Assembly: GCA_964534665.1 (NCBI GenBank)
Contig: CAZHRT010000004.1
Coordinates: 10,956-74,955, forward strand
Reading direction: 5' to 3'
Length of the DNA stretch: 64,000 bases
Origin: an uncultured Methanosarcinales archaeon
GTDB taxonomy: Archaea > Nanobdellota > Nanobdellia > Woesearchaeales > JAHJBD01
This document shows positions 17,639 to 27,124 of this stretch, one piece after another; positions within the stretch are counted from its first letter, which is position 1, and the number at the start of each line of letters is the position of its first letter. Below the pieces are notes generated by a model that worked only from the letters and a program-made list of their open reading frames with translations, ran no database searches and had not been told where the DNA came from. The position numbers and the translations under genes were made by a program.

Positions 17639-20600
17639 TTAAAACCACTTTCCTAAACCTTCTTGTTTTTCTTTTTCCTTACCAAAAACCCCTTCAGCCC
17701 TTCTTTGTGTAAGTTCAAGTGTTTGTTTAAGATATGCTGGGAGGTTGTATTTTTCAGCAAGCGAAACAGCCGGCCCTAAATACTTAACAATAGACCCTTC
17801 AGAAATAGTAAACAATATCTTACCGTCGCACTTAGTACATTTACCAATTAATGGCGGTCTACGGAATTTTTCATTGCATTGTACACACCTAAACTGTTGC
17901 ATAGAAAACTTTCTAAGATTCCCTTTCATATCAGGTAAAAAATGCCGTTCAATAACTAATCTTGCTACATCTGCTTCGTCAACTGCCCGAATTAATTCAG
18001 CTAATTCCATTTGCCCATAAAGTTTTTCTTGCATAGAAGGTAATGTTTTGTATGCTGAACATCTAACCCCTGCATTAATGTCCTCAGTATCATGAGTAAA
18101 ACCGTAGCCATAATATTGTCTAGGTGTATTAAGATAATTTATTGCTTGATCAATCTTAACATCCCAGGGTGGCTTAAACTCTTCACCTGCTTGATATAAT
18201 TCTAAAGGGTATTTTGAAACAATATCTAGATCAAAAAACATGTCATCTACCTCGGAAGGTATCAATTTATATGTTAAAACCAGGGGCGCATCTTGTGTTG
18301 ATCCCCTAGAACTAGGTAAATATTGCCTAGAAAAATTTAACAAACAATCTAACAATAAAGAAACGCTTGCCTCATCCCCATCACAATCTCTCCTTGTAGC
18401 TGCATGAAGCATAGGGTGGGCAAAAAACCCCTGTGTTTTTGAAAAACCCACTATTCTTCCAACAATTCCTGCTGAAGTATGTGGTGCCAAAGCAACAACT
18501 AACTGCCCGGCTAAATCATCGCGTGTTTGAATATTATAATTAGATTGTAAACCATATAATCTTGTCAAAAGCTCATCAACAAATCCTGCAGTCTTCTCTA
18601 AAATAACATCTGCCCCAAGATCAGGAGATTCTATACATGCAGGTAAAATAATATCTTGGGGTTTAAGTTCTAAAATCTGATTTTCTTCTTTGAGTTCCTT
18701 CCCCTTAATATCAACATCATACCCCAATTTAATTAATTTTAATATTGAAGTCCCCACTTCTTTTGGTTTAAAATGGGTGAGGGGTAACTGAGTCATATCA
18801 TACCTTGTAGTCCCGTCTTTATTTACATTAATCTCATATTTTGCCCTAAGTATCCCTTTGCCCAAATGTTCTGTTATGTGATTTCTATTGGCTGTTCCTT
18901 TAACACCTTTTATCAAATCTGGAAATACTCTAAGCTTTAATTTTTTAAGTACATGCCCAAACATTGTGTTAATGTCTAATCCTTTTCTTTCATAACTTCT
19001 AGCTTTTCCGTGTTGGCACTCTTCTTTGTCTATCTTACCACAAGTAGAGCATATAAAAAGCTGTTTTGTTTTTACATCACAAACTTCACAAACACTAAAT
19101 GGTGTTTCATTTCCACATTTCTCACATTTAAATATTGGAAAATCTGAATTGATTCGTTTTTTTAATAGTGCGCTTTGAAAACACTTCATTTTGCCGCCTT
19201 CTTCGCCAACTGGGAAAAGTACATGTGGTGCACCAGTCAATTTCCTCATTTTTGCTTTTTCTGGGCGGCCCATTCTCGCCCCAACAAAAACCCCTACCTT
19301 ATCTTTTATTTTTACATCAGAACATTCATTTATTAAATCTAAAACTTGTTTTTCTTCGTTAGTGGGTTCCATAATCTTTTCCTTAAAAGCTTCGGTAAAT
19401 ATATTATCAAGAATTAAAGCATCTTCTTTTCCAACCACTACAAACTCCTTATTTGCAACTATATGTGGTACGCCTAAAATTTCTAACACCCTTTTTGGTT
19501 CATCATCCAAAGGCAAAATGAGTTTATTTTCTTTGTGTGTTCCTTTTTCAATCCAATCAAAAAGTATACCTAATTGCTTAAGAGATATTGTTTTCCAATA
19601 ATAGGTATATTTGGGGTGTAAAGGGACACCATATTTTTTTGATAAGTTCAATGATTCTAATGCGTTTGGCCTAATTTTATGTGGCTCTTTCAAAAAATCT
19701 ATATTTTCGCCCTTAGATTTTTGTTCCAGTTCTAACGCCCATATATCTTCACAGTACCCTGCAGGAACTAAAGGGTGTGCACGATTAAAAAAGTCCCCAT
19801 AATTAAACAAAATATCGCCCAAAAACAATATTTCTTTGACCTGGCTTGATACTTCCTTGGCTTTAACCACCGAATCAACATAAACAACAGAACCATCATT
19901 TAATTTAACTATTGGTCCATCAATAGTATCACAAGTTGTCATAGATGCAGCTTTTCCTGGGCGTTCTAATTTAAGTTGTGTCCCAACACCAATAAACTTC
20001 TTTAAAATATGTGTTGTTGCTGGGTGTATTGCCGAAGCAGAGTATCCAGTTGTTCTTGCCCTGCCATATCTTAATCTAAACCCACCAACTGCCAAAGGGT
20101 GTGTTAAAACCGGCCTACCTGCGACCATATCTTTAATAAAAGTATAATTTGGGGTTAGCCCTTCACCTTTTTTTTCCTCTACCCCTTTAGATTTTGCAGA
20201 TTTCTGAATTTTCAAAAATTCTTTAATAAAATCCCATTGCCCCATATCAAAATCCTGCCCCCATTCGTCGAGTTGTTTCCACATTTTTGGTGCTTTCTGA
20301 CTTAAACATTCCCCCATAACCAAACAAAAACCATTCCTAATCCTATTAGTTTCTATACGAGGAATGTCTTTATAATTTGATACTTCAATTTTTTCTGATG
20401 GGTCACCATCAATTTGGACAGGAAGATTCTTAGCCATAAAAGCTAATTCTTCTTCACTAGGCAAATATTGTAAATTAGTTATTCTATCATGGTAATCATA
20501 AAGTTCTGCAACCGTTCTTTTAACTTCTTTGTCTGTTGGATCATAAACATCATATCCAAACTTTTTTCTAATATAATCTGCTATTAATACTGAAACAGAT

Positions 20601-21085
20601 GCCCCGGTTCCACCGGCACTCCTAATTGGTCCAGAATAAAGTAAGGCAAAATATTCTTTACCGTCTGCCCGCTTTCTGATGCTTAGCCCGGCAAACCCTT
20701 CCAAAGGAGAAGCAACAGTTCCTAATGTAATATAAGCAAAACCAATTCTAATTCCTATTTCCATTGCTTCTTTTTTATCTTTAAATTTACAATATTTTTC
20801 ATTTGCAATCTCTTCTGCAATAATAAATGCCACCCTCCAATCTAAAGACCCATACTCTTTTTCAAGTTCTTGAATTCTTTCTGGTATTGATGTTCCAACA
20901 ATTTGTGGAGCAATAGTAGAAATCAAACCAACAACTCTTTCTGCCATATTTTTTGCTTTAGGAATTTCAGTATTTGGGGCTGGATCATAACCTTTAGCCC
21001 TTGCCTTTTCAGCCAAAACATATAATTCATTAACTTGTTTTTCAATATCCAAAAAATAATTGTCCATATTACTCATTTCCACCAA
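17639..21085 (-). CDS. polC: DNA polymerase II (PolD) large subunit DP2
   Basis: 1148 aa with a conserved DP2 N-terminus (MDNYF...AKGYDP) and C-terminal zinc-binding Cys clusters. Confidence 0.95.
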   Translation of the reverse strand: MVEMSNMDNYFLDIEKQVNELYVLAEKARAKGYDPAPNTEIPKAKNMAERVVGLISTIAPQIVGTSIPERIQELEKEYGSLDWRVAFIIAEEIANEKYCKFKDKKEAMEIGIRIGFAYITLGTVASPLEGFAGLSIRKRADGKEYFALLYSGPIRSAGGTGASVSVLIADYIRKKFGYDVYDPTDKEVKRTVAELYDYHDRITNLQYLPSEEELAFMAKNLPVQIDGDPSEKIEVSNYKDIPRIETNRIRNGFCLVMGECLSQKAPKMWKQLDEWGQDFDMGQWDFIKEFLKIQKSAKSKGVEEKKGEGLTPNYTFIKDMVAGRPVLTHPLAVGGFRLRYGRARTTGYSASAIHPATTHILKKFIGVGTQLKLERPGKAASMTTCDTIDGPIVKLNDGSVVYVDSVVKAKEVSSQVKEILFLGDILFNYGDFFNRAHPLVPAGYCEDIWALELEQKSKGENIDFLKEPHKIRPNALESLNLSKKYGVPLHPKYTYYWKTISLKQLGILFDWIEKGTHKENKLILPLDDEPKRVLEILGVPHIVANKEFVVVGKEDALILDNIFTEAFKEKIMEPTNEEKQVLDLINECSDVKIKDKVGVFVGARMGRPEKAKMRKLTGAPHVLFPVGEEGGKMKCFQSALLKKRINSDFPIFKCEKCGNETPFSVCEVCDVKTKQLFICSTCGKIDKEECQHGKARSYERKGLDINTMFGHVLKKLKLRVFPDLIKGVKGTANRNHITEHLGKGILRAKYEINVNKDGTTRYDMTQLPLTHFKPKEVGTSILKLIKLGYDVDIKGKELKEENQILELKPQDIILPACIESPDLGADVILEKTAGFVDELLTRLYGLQSNYNIQTRDDLAGQLVVALAPHTSAGIVGRIVGFSKTQGFFAHPMLHAATRRDCDGDEASVSLLLDCLLNFSRQYLPSSRGSTQDAPLVLTYKLIPSEVDDMFFDLDIVSKYPLELYQAGEEFKPPWDVKIDQAINYLNTPRQYYGYGFTHDTEDINAGVRCSAYKTLPSMQEKLYGQMELAELIRAVDEADVARLVIERHFLPDMKGNLRKFSMQQFRCVQCNEKFRRPPLIGKCTKCDGKILFTISEGSIVKYLGPAVSLAEKYNLPAYLKQTLELTQRRAEGVFGKEKEKQEGLGKWF

Positions 21086-22610
21086 ACCTTAATATTTTAA
21101 CCTTCCTTGTTTTTAGATTAACTATCGGCACCCTACTTGGTTCAGGGTTGTGTCCAACTTTTTCTTGAAAATCAGTTTTACTTTGCCAGCAAGAACCAGA
21201 AATCAATGTAACGTTCCTATAATTTGCAGCAATAGATTTGTGAATGTGCCCAGTAACAAAAATGTCTGGAATATCATTAATCACTAATGCGTCTTCATTT
21301 TGGGGCAAGTATAATGTTGAAGTGTGGGTTGGGGCCAAATGCCTTCTTTTTAACAAAAACTTCATTATTAAGTCTCCACGATCATAGCCGCCCTTATTTC
21401 TTATTGAATCAACATTGGCAACAAAATAATCAAACGAATAACCATGATACATCAAAACATCAAAACCTGAAAAATTTTCAGATGCATGAATATTAATCAT
21501 TGCCGGATTAGAAACCATTGTAACATTAGGTAAGTCATATAACTGACCCGCAAAATCTTTATACAATGGTGGTTGTGGTTCTGCAATTCGCATAGCATCG
21601 TGATTGCCTGGACAAACAATTATCTCAACATGTCCGGGTATTTTTTTTAATAACCTGGCACATTCATTATATTGTTCATTAATATCTTTAATAGATAATT
21701 CTTCATCCTGTCCAGGATAAATCCCGCACCCATCAACCAAATCACCAACAATAAATGCGTATTTAATCTTGGATGCCACGGCTTTTTGTGTATCATTCCC
21801 CACTTCCCCGTTCATCCAACTTAAAAATTTATCAAAATCTTTAGGTAAAAAATTAGTAGAACCAATATGTAAATCTGAAAGAAAAACTGCATAAACTTCC
21901 TCATCTATTTTTTTAAGTTCTTTTGTTAAAGGAACTTCTGGCCATAGCACAGTATTAGCAAAAATAATATTATCCCCACTTACACCATTAACAGCAATAA
22001 CCTCATCCAACACAATATCTTTTGCTTCATTAAAAAGTTCAGGTTTGTTCTTATTGACTAATACATTTGTTGTTCCTGTTGGATCTTCAACAACAATCAT
22101 AAGGTTACCATTCTTTGTTGTACGTTTTTCAGAAACCATCGCAATTAAAGATACATTATCCCTGTCTTTTTTATTTTTCAATCTACTTATACTTGTTAAA
22201 TTGGATATTTCCATCCTCTTTGATAAGAGTTTTTCCATTGAAGCATACCTTGCATTAAATAAATCAACAAAATCTTTTAATTTTCTTTTTTTTGGTTCTA
22301 AATTATAAGAAAATTTTACATTAACTTGTGAATTAGATTTAACTTCTTTTTTTTGAACATAAGAAGTATAATCTTTTTCCCCTCCTTCTTTTTCTAAAAT
22401 TGACTTTGATTTATCAATTTCCTTCCATTCTAGGTTTTGTCCAATAAGCTGTTCTGCATCTTTCCCATACACCAATAATTCTTCATCAGATAAATTTTTA
22501 ATTTGGTCCAAAGAAACATTTTCCAATTTTTCAAGTAATTCAGGGCTAACTAAAACATCTTTCTCCATAAGATAAGAAACTATTTCCTTTTTCTCCATTT
22601 TAAAAAGCAA
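21069..22610 (-). CDS. polB: DNA polymerase II (PolD) small subunit DP1 (Mre11-like calcineurin phosphoesterase fold)
   Basis: VFLSDLHIGS, GDLVDG, GNHD and GHIH phosphoesterase motifs, plus an N-terminal OB. Alternative start at 22598 (MEKKE). Overlaps the DP2 start by 17 nt. Confidence 0.9.
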   Translation of the reverse strand: MLFKMEKKEIVSYLMEKDVLVSPELLEKLENVSLDQIKNLSDEELLVYGKDAEQLIGQNLEWKEIDKSKSILEKEGGEKDYTSYVQKKEVKSNSQVNVKFSYNLEPKKRKLKDFVDLFNARYASMEKLLSKRMEISNLTSISRLKNKKDRDNVSLIAMVSEKRTTKNGNLMIVVEDPTGTTNVLVNKNKPELFNEAKDIVLDEVIAVNGVSGDNIIFANTVLWPEVPLTKELKKIDEEVYAVFLSDLHIGSTNFLPKDFDKFLSWMNGEVGNDTQKAVASKIKYAFIVGDLVDGCGIYPGQDEELSIKDINEQYNECARLLKKIPGHVEIIVCPGNHDAMRIAEPQPPLYKDFAGQLYDLPNVTMVSNPAMINIHASENFSGFDVLMYHGYSFDYFVANVDSIRNKGGYDRGDLIMKFLLKRRHLAPTHTSTLYLPQNEDALVINDIPDIFVTGHIHKSIAANYRNVTLISGSCWQSKTDFQEKVGHNPEPSRVPIVNLKTRKVKILRFGGNE

Positions 22611-23811
22611 TCCCTAAACTATCATTCAATATATTAATTACCTTTTCAAGTGTATCTTTAGGGATCATAATTGTAATTTCTCTTGATCTCCCATATCTAC
22701 CTTTAGAAAGCACCCTTGAATTAATTATTCCCAACATATCAAGTTCTGCAATTATATCTGAAACCCTTCTTTGGGTAAGCATACTCAACCCAATTTTTGG
22801 GCATAATTTTTGATATAATTCATAAACTTCCCCAGTAAAAATTCCTTCTTTTTTCTCGTCTTGAATTTTAATAATTGAAAATAATACTACTTGGGACTGT
22901 TTTGGTTGGTTGGTTATTAGGTCCAATATTCTATCATACTCAATTTTTTGTTCTGCATGGTCAATATTTTCTATTTTAACTACTTTTTGACAATTTCTCT
23001 CTGCAACTTCCGCTGCAACACGTAAAAGTTCTATTGCCCTTCTTGCATCCCCGTGCTCCCTTGCAGCATATGCTGCACATTTTTCAATAACTCCTGTAGA
23101 TAATGCACTTGTACTAAAAGCTAAATCAGACCTTTGTTGAAGTATTTCTTTAATTTGTATTGCATTATAGGGTGGAAAAACAACTTCTTCTTCTGATAAT
23201 GAAGACCTTACTCTTGGATCTAATGTGTCTATAAAAAATAAATCATTAGAAATTCCAATAAAAGACACCCTTGCATTATTAAGTTCTTCATTCATTCTAG
23301 TAATATTATATAATAATTCATCACCAATTTTAGATACTAATTGATCTATTTCATCTAAAGCTACAACAATAATTTGTTTTTCTTTATCTATCACATCAAA
23401 AAATTTTTTATATACTTCTTCTGTTGGTAGCCCTGTGTAAGGCACCTCAACACCTAAATTCCTAAGTAATTGTGCAACAAGCCTATATTCTGTATCTGCA
23501 ACCCTTTTAAGTTTACAATTAAGATATATCGTTTTTAGTTTAATTCCTTTTTCTTTAGCATAATTTGCCAATTGATTAATTGTATGCTTAACAACTAATG
23601 TTTTACCTGTTCCAGTTTTACCAAATATAAAAAGATTAGATGGTTTATCAGATCTTAAAGAAGGTGCAAGTACATTAGCAACTTTTTTTAATTCATTTTC
23701 CCTATGATTAATTGTTTCAGGACAATATCCTGATTGTAGTAAGGCCCTATCTTTAAATAAAGGTTCTTTTTTAAGATAATCATCAAAAAAATTATTCAAT
23801 CCTCCATCCAT
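22600..23811 (-). CDS. cdc6: Orc1/Cdc6 replication initiator
   Basis: N-terminus MDGGLNNFFDDYLKKEPLFKDRALLQSGYCPETINHRE matches the canonical Orc1 start, followed by Walker A GKTGTGKT and a C-terminal wH. The track start at 23835 uses TTG with an 8-aa extension; the ATG at 23811 is preferred. Confidence 0.9.
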   Translation of the reverse strand: MDGGLNNFFDDYLKKEPLFKDRALLQSGYCPETINHRENELKKVANVLAPSLRSDKPSNLFIFGKTGTGKTLVVKHTINQLANYAKEKGIKLKTIYLNCKLKRVADTEYRLVAQLLRNLGVEVPYTGLPTEEVYKKFFDVIDKEKQIIVVALDEIDQLVSKIGDELLYNITRMNEELNNARVSFIGISNDLFFIDTLDPRVRSSLSEEEVVFPPYNAIQIKEILQQRSDLAFSTSALSTGVIEKCAAYAAREHGDARRAIELLRVAAEVAERNCQKVVKIENIDHAEQKIEYDRILDLITNQPKQSQVVLFSIIKIQDEKKEGIFTGEVYELYQKLCPKIGLSMLTQRRVSDIIAELDMLGIINSRVLSKGRYGRSREITIMIPKDTLEKVINILNDSLGIAF

Positions 23812-23835
23812 ACTATTTCTTGAACAAGAAAACAA

Positions 23836-24128
23836 TATATAAACTTTGTGTCATCACCCCTTGGTTTCTACTGGAAAAGTTTTTTAAATGTTTTTGCTTC
23901 TTTCTTTCTTTCTTTCTTTTCTATATAGAAAATAATAATAATAATAATAATAATAAACATAAAAACACATAATATAATATATATAATATAATATATATTT
24001 TTAATAAAAAAACAAATATGAACAAAAAATAGATTATAAATCTCCATAGGAAACCAAGGGGTCACACAGAAAATGTTACTTCTTAGTTACTATAAAGTTT
24101 AATATGCTTATTAATTAAAAAGCCATAT
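23836..24128. other. oriC: Chromosomal replication origin (oriC): two inverted ORB elements flanking an AT-rich DUE that contains (TCTT)5, (AAT)8 and ATATAAT repeats. ORB-A is at 23847-23876 on the minus strand (TCCAGTAGAAACCAAGGGGTGATGACACA) and ORB-B at 24043-24069 on the plus strand (TCCATAGGAAACCAAGGGGTCACACAG)
   Basis: Both boxes share TCCAnnnGAAACCAAGGGGT, which matches the archaeal ORB core (dyad plus G-string). They are in inverted orientation ~165 bp apart, enclosing sequence that is almost pure A/T. The origin is immediately upstream of orc1/cdc6. Confidence 0.8.
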
Positions 24129-24893
24129 ATGGTAGATAATAGGCTATTAAATTACATAAAAGAAAAACAAAAAAGTGGATATTCTGATAATGTTATTAAA
24201 CAAGCCCTACTTAAATTTGGATACTCTGAACAAGTTATAAATTCATTTTTTCAAAAGAAACAACATATTCCAACAAAAGAATTAATTGGAGAACAACCAA
24301 ATTTCTTAAATAAAACATTTTATCTTTTTTCTAAACCTAAAAAATTATTTAAAATAACTAAACAAGAAAGCAAAAAACAAACAATAACTTATTTTGTTAC
24401 ATTAATTTCCATTATTTTCACAATTATATTATTAACAGAATTTTATACTTTATTTATTAGGAAAACAGACTATTTAATTTCAATTTTAAGTATAATTTTA
24501 ATGGTTTCACTTTTTATTATACTTTTTGTATTAATCTCTATTGGTTTTGCTTTTTTATATAGGTTTTTACTAAAATCGTTCGGAATAATCACTCATTTTA
24601 AAGATAATTTAAAGGTGGTTGCTTATTCTTTAATTCCCTATTTTTTTATAATTTCATTTATTCAGTCCCCAATCTATAAATGGTTACTTATAATTGATGT
24701 TTCTTTTGGTTTTATATCTTTAAACCCATATCTAATTTTTTCATTTTTTATATTGTCTAAAGGAATAGAAAACAACTATAATATTTCAAGAAAAAAAGCA
24801 CTATTATTTGCTTACACACCTTTAATAATTCTTATTTTAGTATTGTTTGCCATATTTTTTAATGCCCTAACGTTTAAAGGGTGGTTTTTTTAA
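24129..24893 (+). CDS. Hypothetical polytopic membrane protein with an N-terminal soluble domain
   Basis: Hydrophobicity only. Confidence 0.4.
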   Translation: MVDNRLLNYIKEKQKSGYSDNVIKQALLKFGYSEQVINSFFQKKQHIPTKELIGEQPNFLNKTFYLFSKPKKLFKITKQESKKQTITYFVTLISIIFTIILLTEFYTLFIRKTDYLISILSIILMVSLFIILFVLISIGFAFLYRFLLKSFGIITHFKDNLKVVAYSLIPYFFIISFIQSPIYKWLLIIDVSFGFISLNPYLIFSFFILSKGIENNYNISRKKALLFAYTPLIILILVLFAIFFNALTFKGWFF

Positions 24894-24931
24894 CCCAAAG
24901 CTTAAAATAGATTAAATCCTTCTTATGTCTT

Positions 24932-25477
24932 ATGAAAGCAATTGTTTTTCCAAAAGCAAATGAAGAAGAATTCATTAAAATTGCAGAAAAGTTAGGCTAT
25001 TCTAGTTTGATATTTGTATATGATTATAGTTATTATTCAAATTCTCCAGAAATAAAGTCAAAATTAAACATTGAAAAAGGAATTTTATGTTTACCTAAAG
25101 AAATTAAAAAAGCAAAAAACCTTTCAAAATACCTTTTTGTACAATCTTCTAGTAAAGATAGGGAGATTATTGAACAAAACAAGAACATATTTTTATTTGA
25201 TCTAGAAACACAAGGGAAAAAAGATTTTATTCATCACAGGGCATCTGGCCTAAATCAAGTTTTATGTAAATTAATCAAAGAACATAATATTTCAATAGGT
25301 TTTTCATTTTCAACCGTGCTTAAAGCAACATCAAAAGATAAACTTATTGGAAGAATCAAACAAAACATTAAATTTTGTAAAAAGTATAAAATTTATACTA
25401 TTTATTCAACTTTTGCTTTAAAACCATATGAAATGAGGCCTGCAAAAGATATTTTATCTTTTTTTGAGGTAATATGA
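24932..25477 (+). CDS. rnp3: RNase P protein component 3 (Rpp30/Rnp3, TIM-barrel)
   Basis: The C-terminal half aligns by eye with Pyrococcus Rpp30 ([21 protein letters not shown] vs [41 protein letters not shown] vs [23 protein letters not shown]). Confidence 0.6.
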   Translation: [181 protein letters not shown]

Positions 25478-26400
25478 AAATAGTTTGTCCGCTAGATAAT
25501 AAAGAAGAAGTTCTTGATTTAATTAATGCTGGCGCTGATGAATTTTATTGTGGGTTTGTATCAGACGAATGGATAAAAAAATTTTCAGTAATGGCTAGTG
25601 CAAACCGCCGTGAATGGGGGGATTGCAATTTTAGAAGTATTGAAGACCTTAAACAAACATTAAAAATTTGTAAAAAACATGATAAACCAGTATTTTACTG
25701 TTTAAATTCAGCAAATATATCAAAAAATCAATATGATTTACTTTTTAAAGAACATGAAAAGATTAAAATGCTGGGCTTTAGCGATTATATTATTTCTGAT
25801 GTTGCATTAATGTTAAAATTTTCAAAATTTCATGTTAGTTGTGGCGCAGCAGCATTAAATTCAAACGCAATTCAGTTTTTTAAGAAAAATGGGGCCACAA
25901 GAATCATTCTTCCAAGACAAATTACTTTAGAAGAATTTAAAACACTAAGACAAAAAAACAAAAATGTTGAATTGGAAGCATTTATTCTTAATGATGCCTG
26001 TAAAAATTTAGATGGGCTGTGTACCTTCATGCACGGTTTTTCAAAAAGCTATTGTAAAGAAACAGTTGCCTGTTGTATGGATTATGATGTTGAAATAAAA
26101 ACTAACGACAAAATAAAGTCGCGTACAGTAAAAAGAAAACTCAAATCAAAATTAGCTAGTAACAAAACAATATGTGGTGCATGCGCATTACATGACTTTT
26201 ATCATGGGGGGCTAGACGCAGTAAAAATTGTTGGGCGCGGAAAATCAAAAGAACAAAAAATAAAAGACATAAAATTCATAAAATCTTTATTGGTGCACAC
26301 GAATTTATCTAGGGGTGAATTTATAAAAATTGCAAAAAACATAAGACAAAAAACATACCAAACGCCCTGTACTCCGGAGCTATGTTACTATGAAATCTAA
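25474..26400 (+). CDS. Peptidase-U32-family protein (UbiU/RlhA/TrhP-like putative Fe-S hydroxylase), paralog A
   Basis: N-terminus KIVCPLDNKEEVLDLINAGADEFYCGF, mid-block LEAFILNDACKNLDGLCTFMHGF, and a Cys cluster (C..C...CC...CGAC) consistent with the U32 4Fe-4S site. ATGA overlap with rnp3. Confidence 0.65.
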   Translation: MKIVCPLDNKEEVLDLINAGADEFYCGFVSDEWIKKFSVMASANRREWGDCNFRSIEDLKQTLKICKKHDKPVFYCLNSANISKNQYDLLFKEHEKIKMLGFSDYIISDVALMLKFSKFHVSCGAAALNSNAIQFFKKNGATRIILPRQITLEEFKTLRQKNKNVELEAFILNDACKNLDGLCTFMHGFSKSYCKETVACCMDYDVEIKTNDKIKSRTVKRKLKSKLASNKTICGACALHDFYHGGLDAVKIVGRGKSKEQKIKDIKFIKSLLVHTNLSRGEFIKIAKNIRQKTYQTPCTPELCYYEI

Positions 26401-27124
26401 AGCAATATTAATTTCAAGTGTAGAAGGCCTTCATTTAGCTAAAGGTTATGATATACTTTATTTTGGCCACGAATTTTGTGAACACCTTATACCTTCTTTG
26501 GGAGATTTTAAAATCGCACATAATTATGCGAAAAATAACAACCTAGGCTTTACAATAGTCACCCCTTACGTAACGGATAAGGGAATTAAACAAATTTCAA
26601 AAATTGTTTCCAATTTCAAAAATTGTGAAATAGTTATTAATGATTGGGGTGTTTTAGATTTATTACAAAATCACGATTTAAAAATAAATCTTGGTAGATT
26701 ATTAACAAAGCGTAAAAAAGATCCCCGAATTAGTAACCAAGAATTTAATAGAGACATTCTTGATAATTTAACAAACTCTAATCTACAAATACAAGAATTT
26801 CAAAATTTCTTAAAACAACACAAAGTTTCTAGGATTGAAATTGATAACGCAGTTCAAGGCCAACCCACCACTTCATTCCCTCAATCATTATATTATCCGT
26901 ACGTTTATTTAACTACAACAAGAAAATGCCCTTTTATAGGGATAAATACCCTTTCAAATAAAGTAACTTTTCTTTCTGGGTGTACAAAAGAATGCAAGAA
27001 ATATAGTGCAAAAATTTCAAATGATAAATTAGGTAAGATCATTTTAAAAGACAACGCCCAATTTTTTATAAACAACAAATTACCAAAAGGCATAGATAGG
27101 TTAGTTTACATACCATGGACATAA
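26390..27124 (+). CDS. Peptidase-U32-family protein, short paralog B (UbiV-like)
   Basis: AILISSVEGLHLAKGYDILYFGHEFC N-terminus and IVINDWGVLDLL, plus a C-terminal Cys cluster (RKCPF...SGCTKEC). 11-nt overlap with paralog A. Confidence 0.55.
   Translation: MKSKAILISSVEGLHLAKGYDILYFGHEFCEHLIPSLGDFKIAHNYAKNNNLGFTIVTPYVTDKGIKQISKIVSNFKNCEIVINDWGVLDLLQNHDLKINLGRLLTKRKKDPRISNQEFNRDILDNLTNSNLQIQEFQNFLKQHKVSRIEIDNAVQGQPTTSFPQSLYYPYVYLTTTRKCPFIGINTLSNKVTFLSGCTKECKKYSAKISNDKLGKIILKDNAQFFINNKLPKGIDRLVYIPWT

Noticed and set aside
19168-19802. Plus-strand ORFs 19168-19362, 19191-19601, 19611-19802 and minus or plus shadows such as 7087-7278, 7473-7661, 7746-8123
   Set aside because: All lie antisense inside polD DP2 or mcm, which have strong family support. 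Their composition is typical of shadow ORFs.
23812-23835. ORF-track start of cdc6 at 23835
   Set aside because: That start is a TTG translated as Met and gives MFSCSRNS- ahead of the canonical Orc1 N-terminus. The ATG at 23811 (MDGGLNNFFDDYLKKEPLFKDR…) fits the family and leaves the ORB-containing origin intact.
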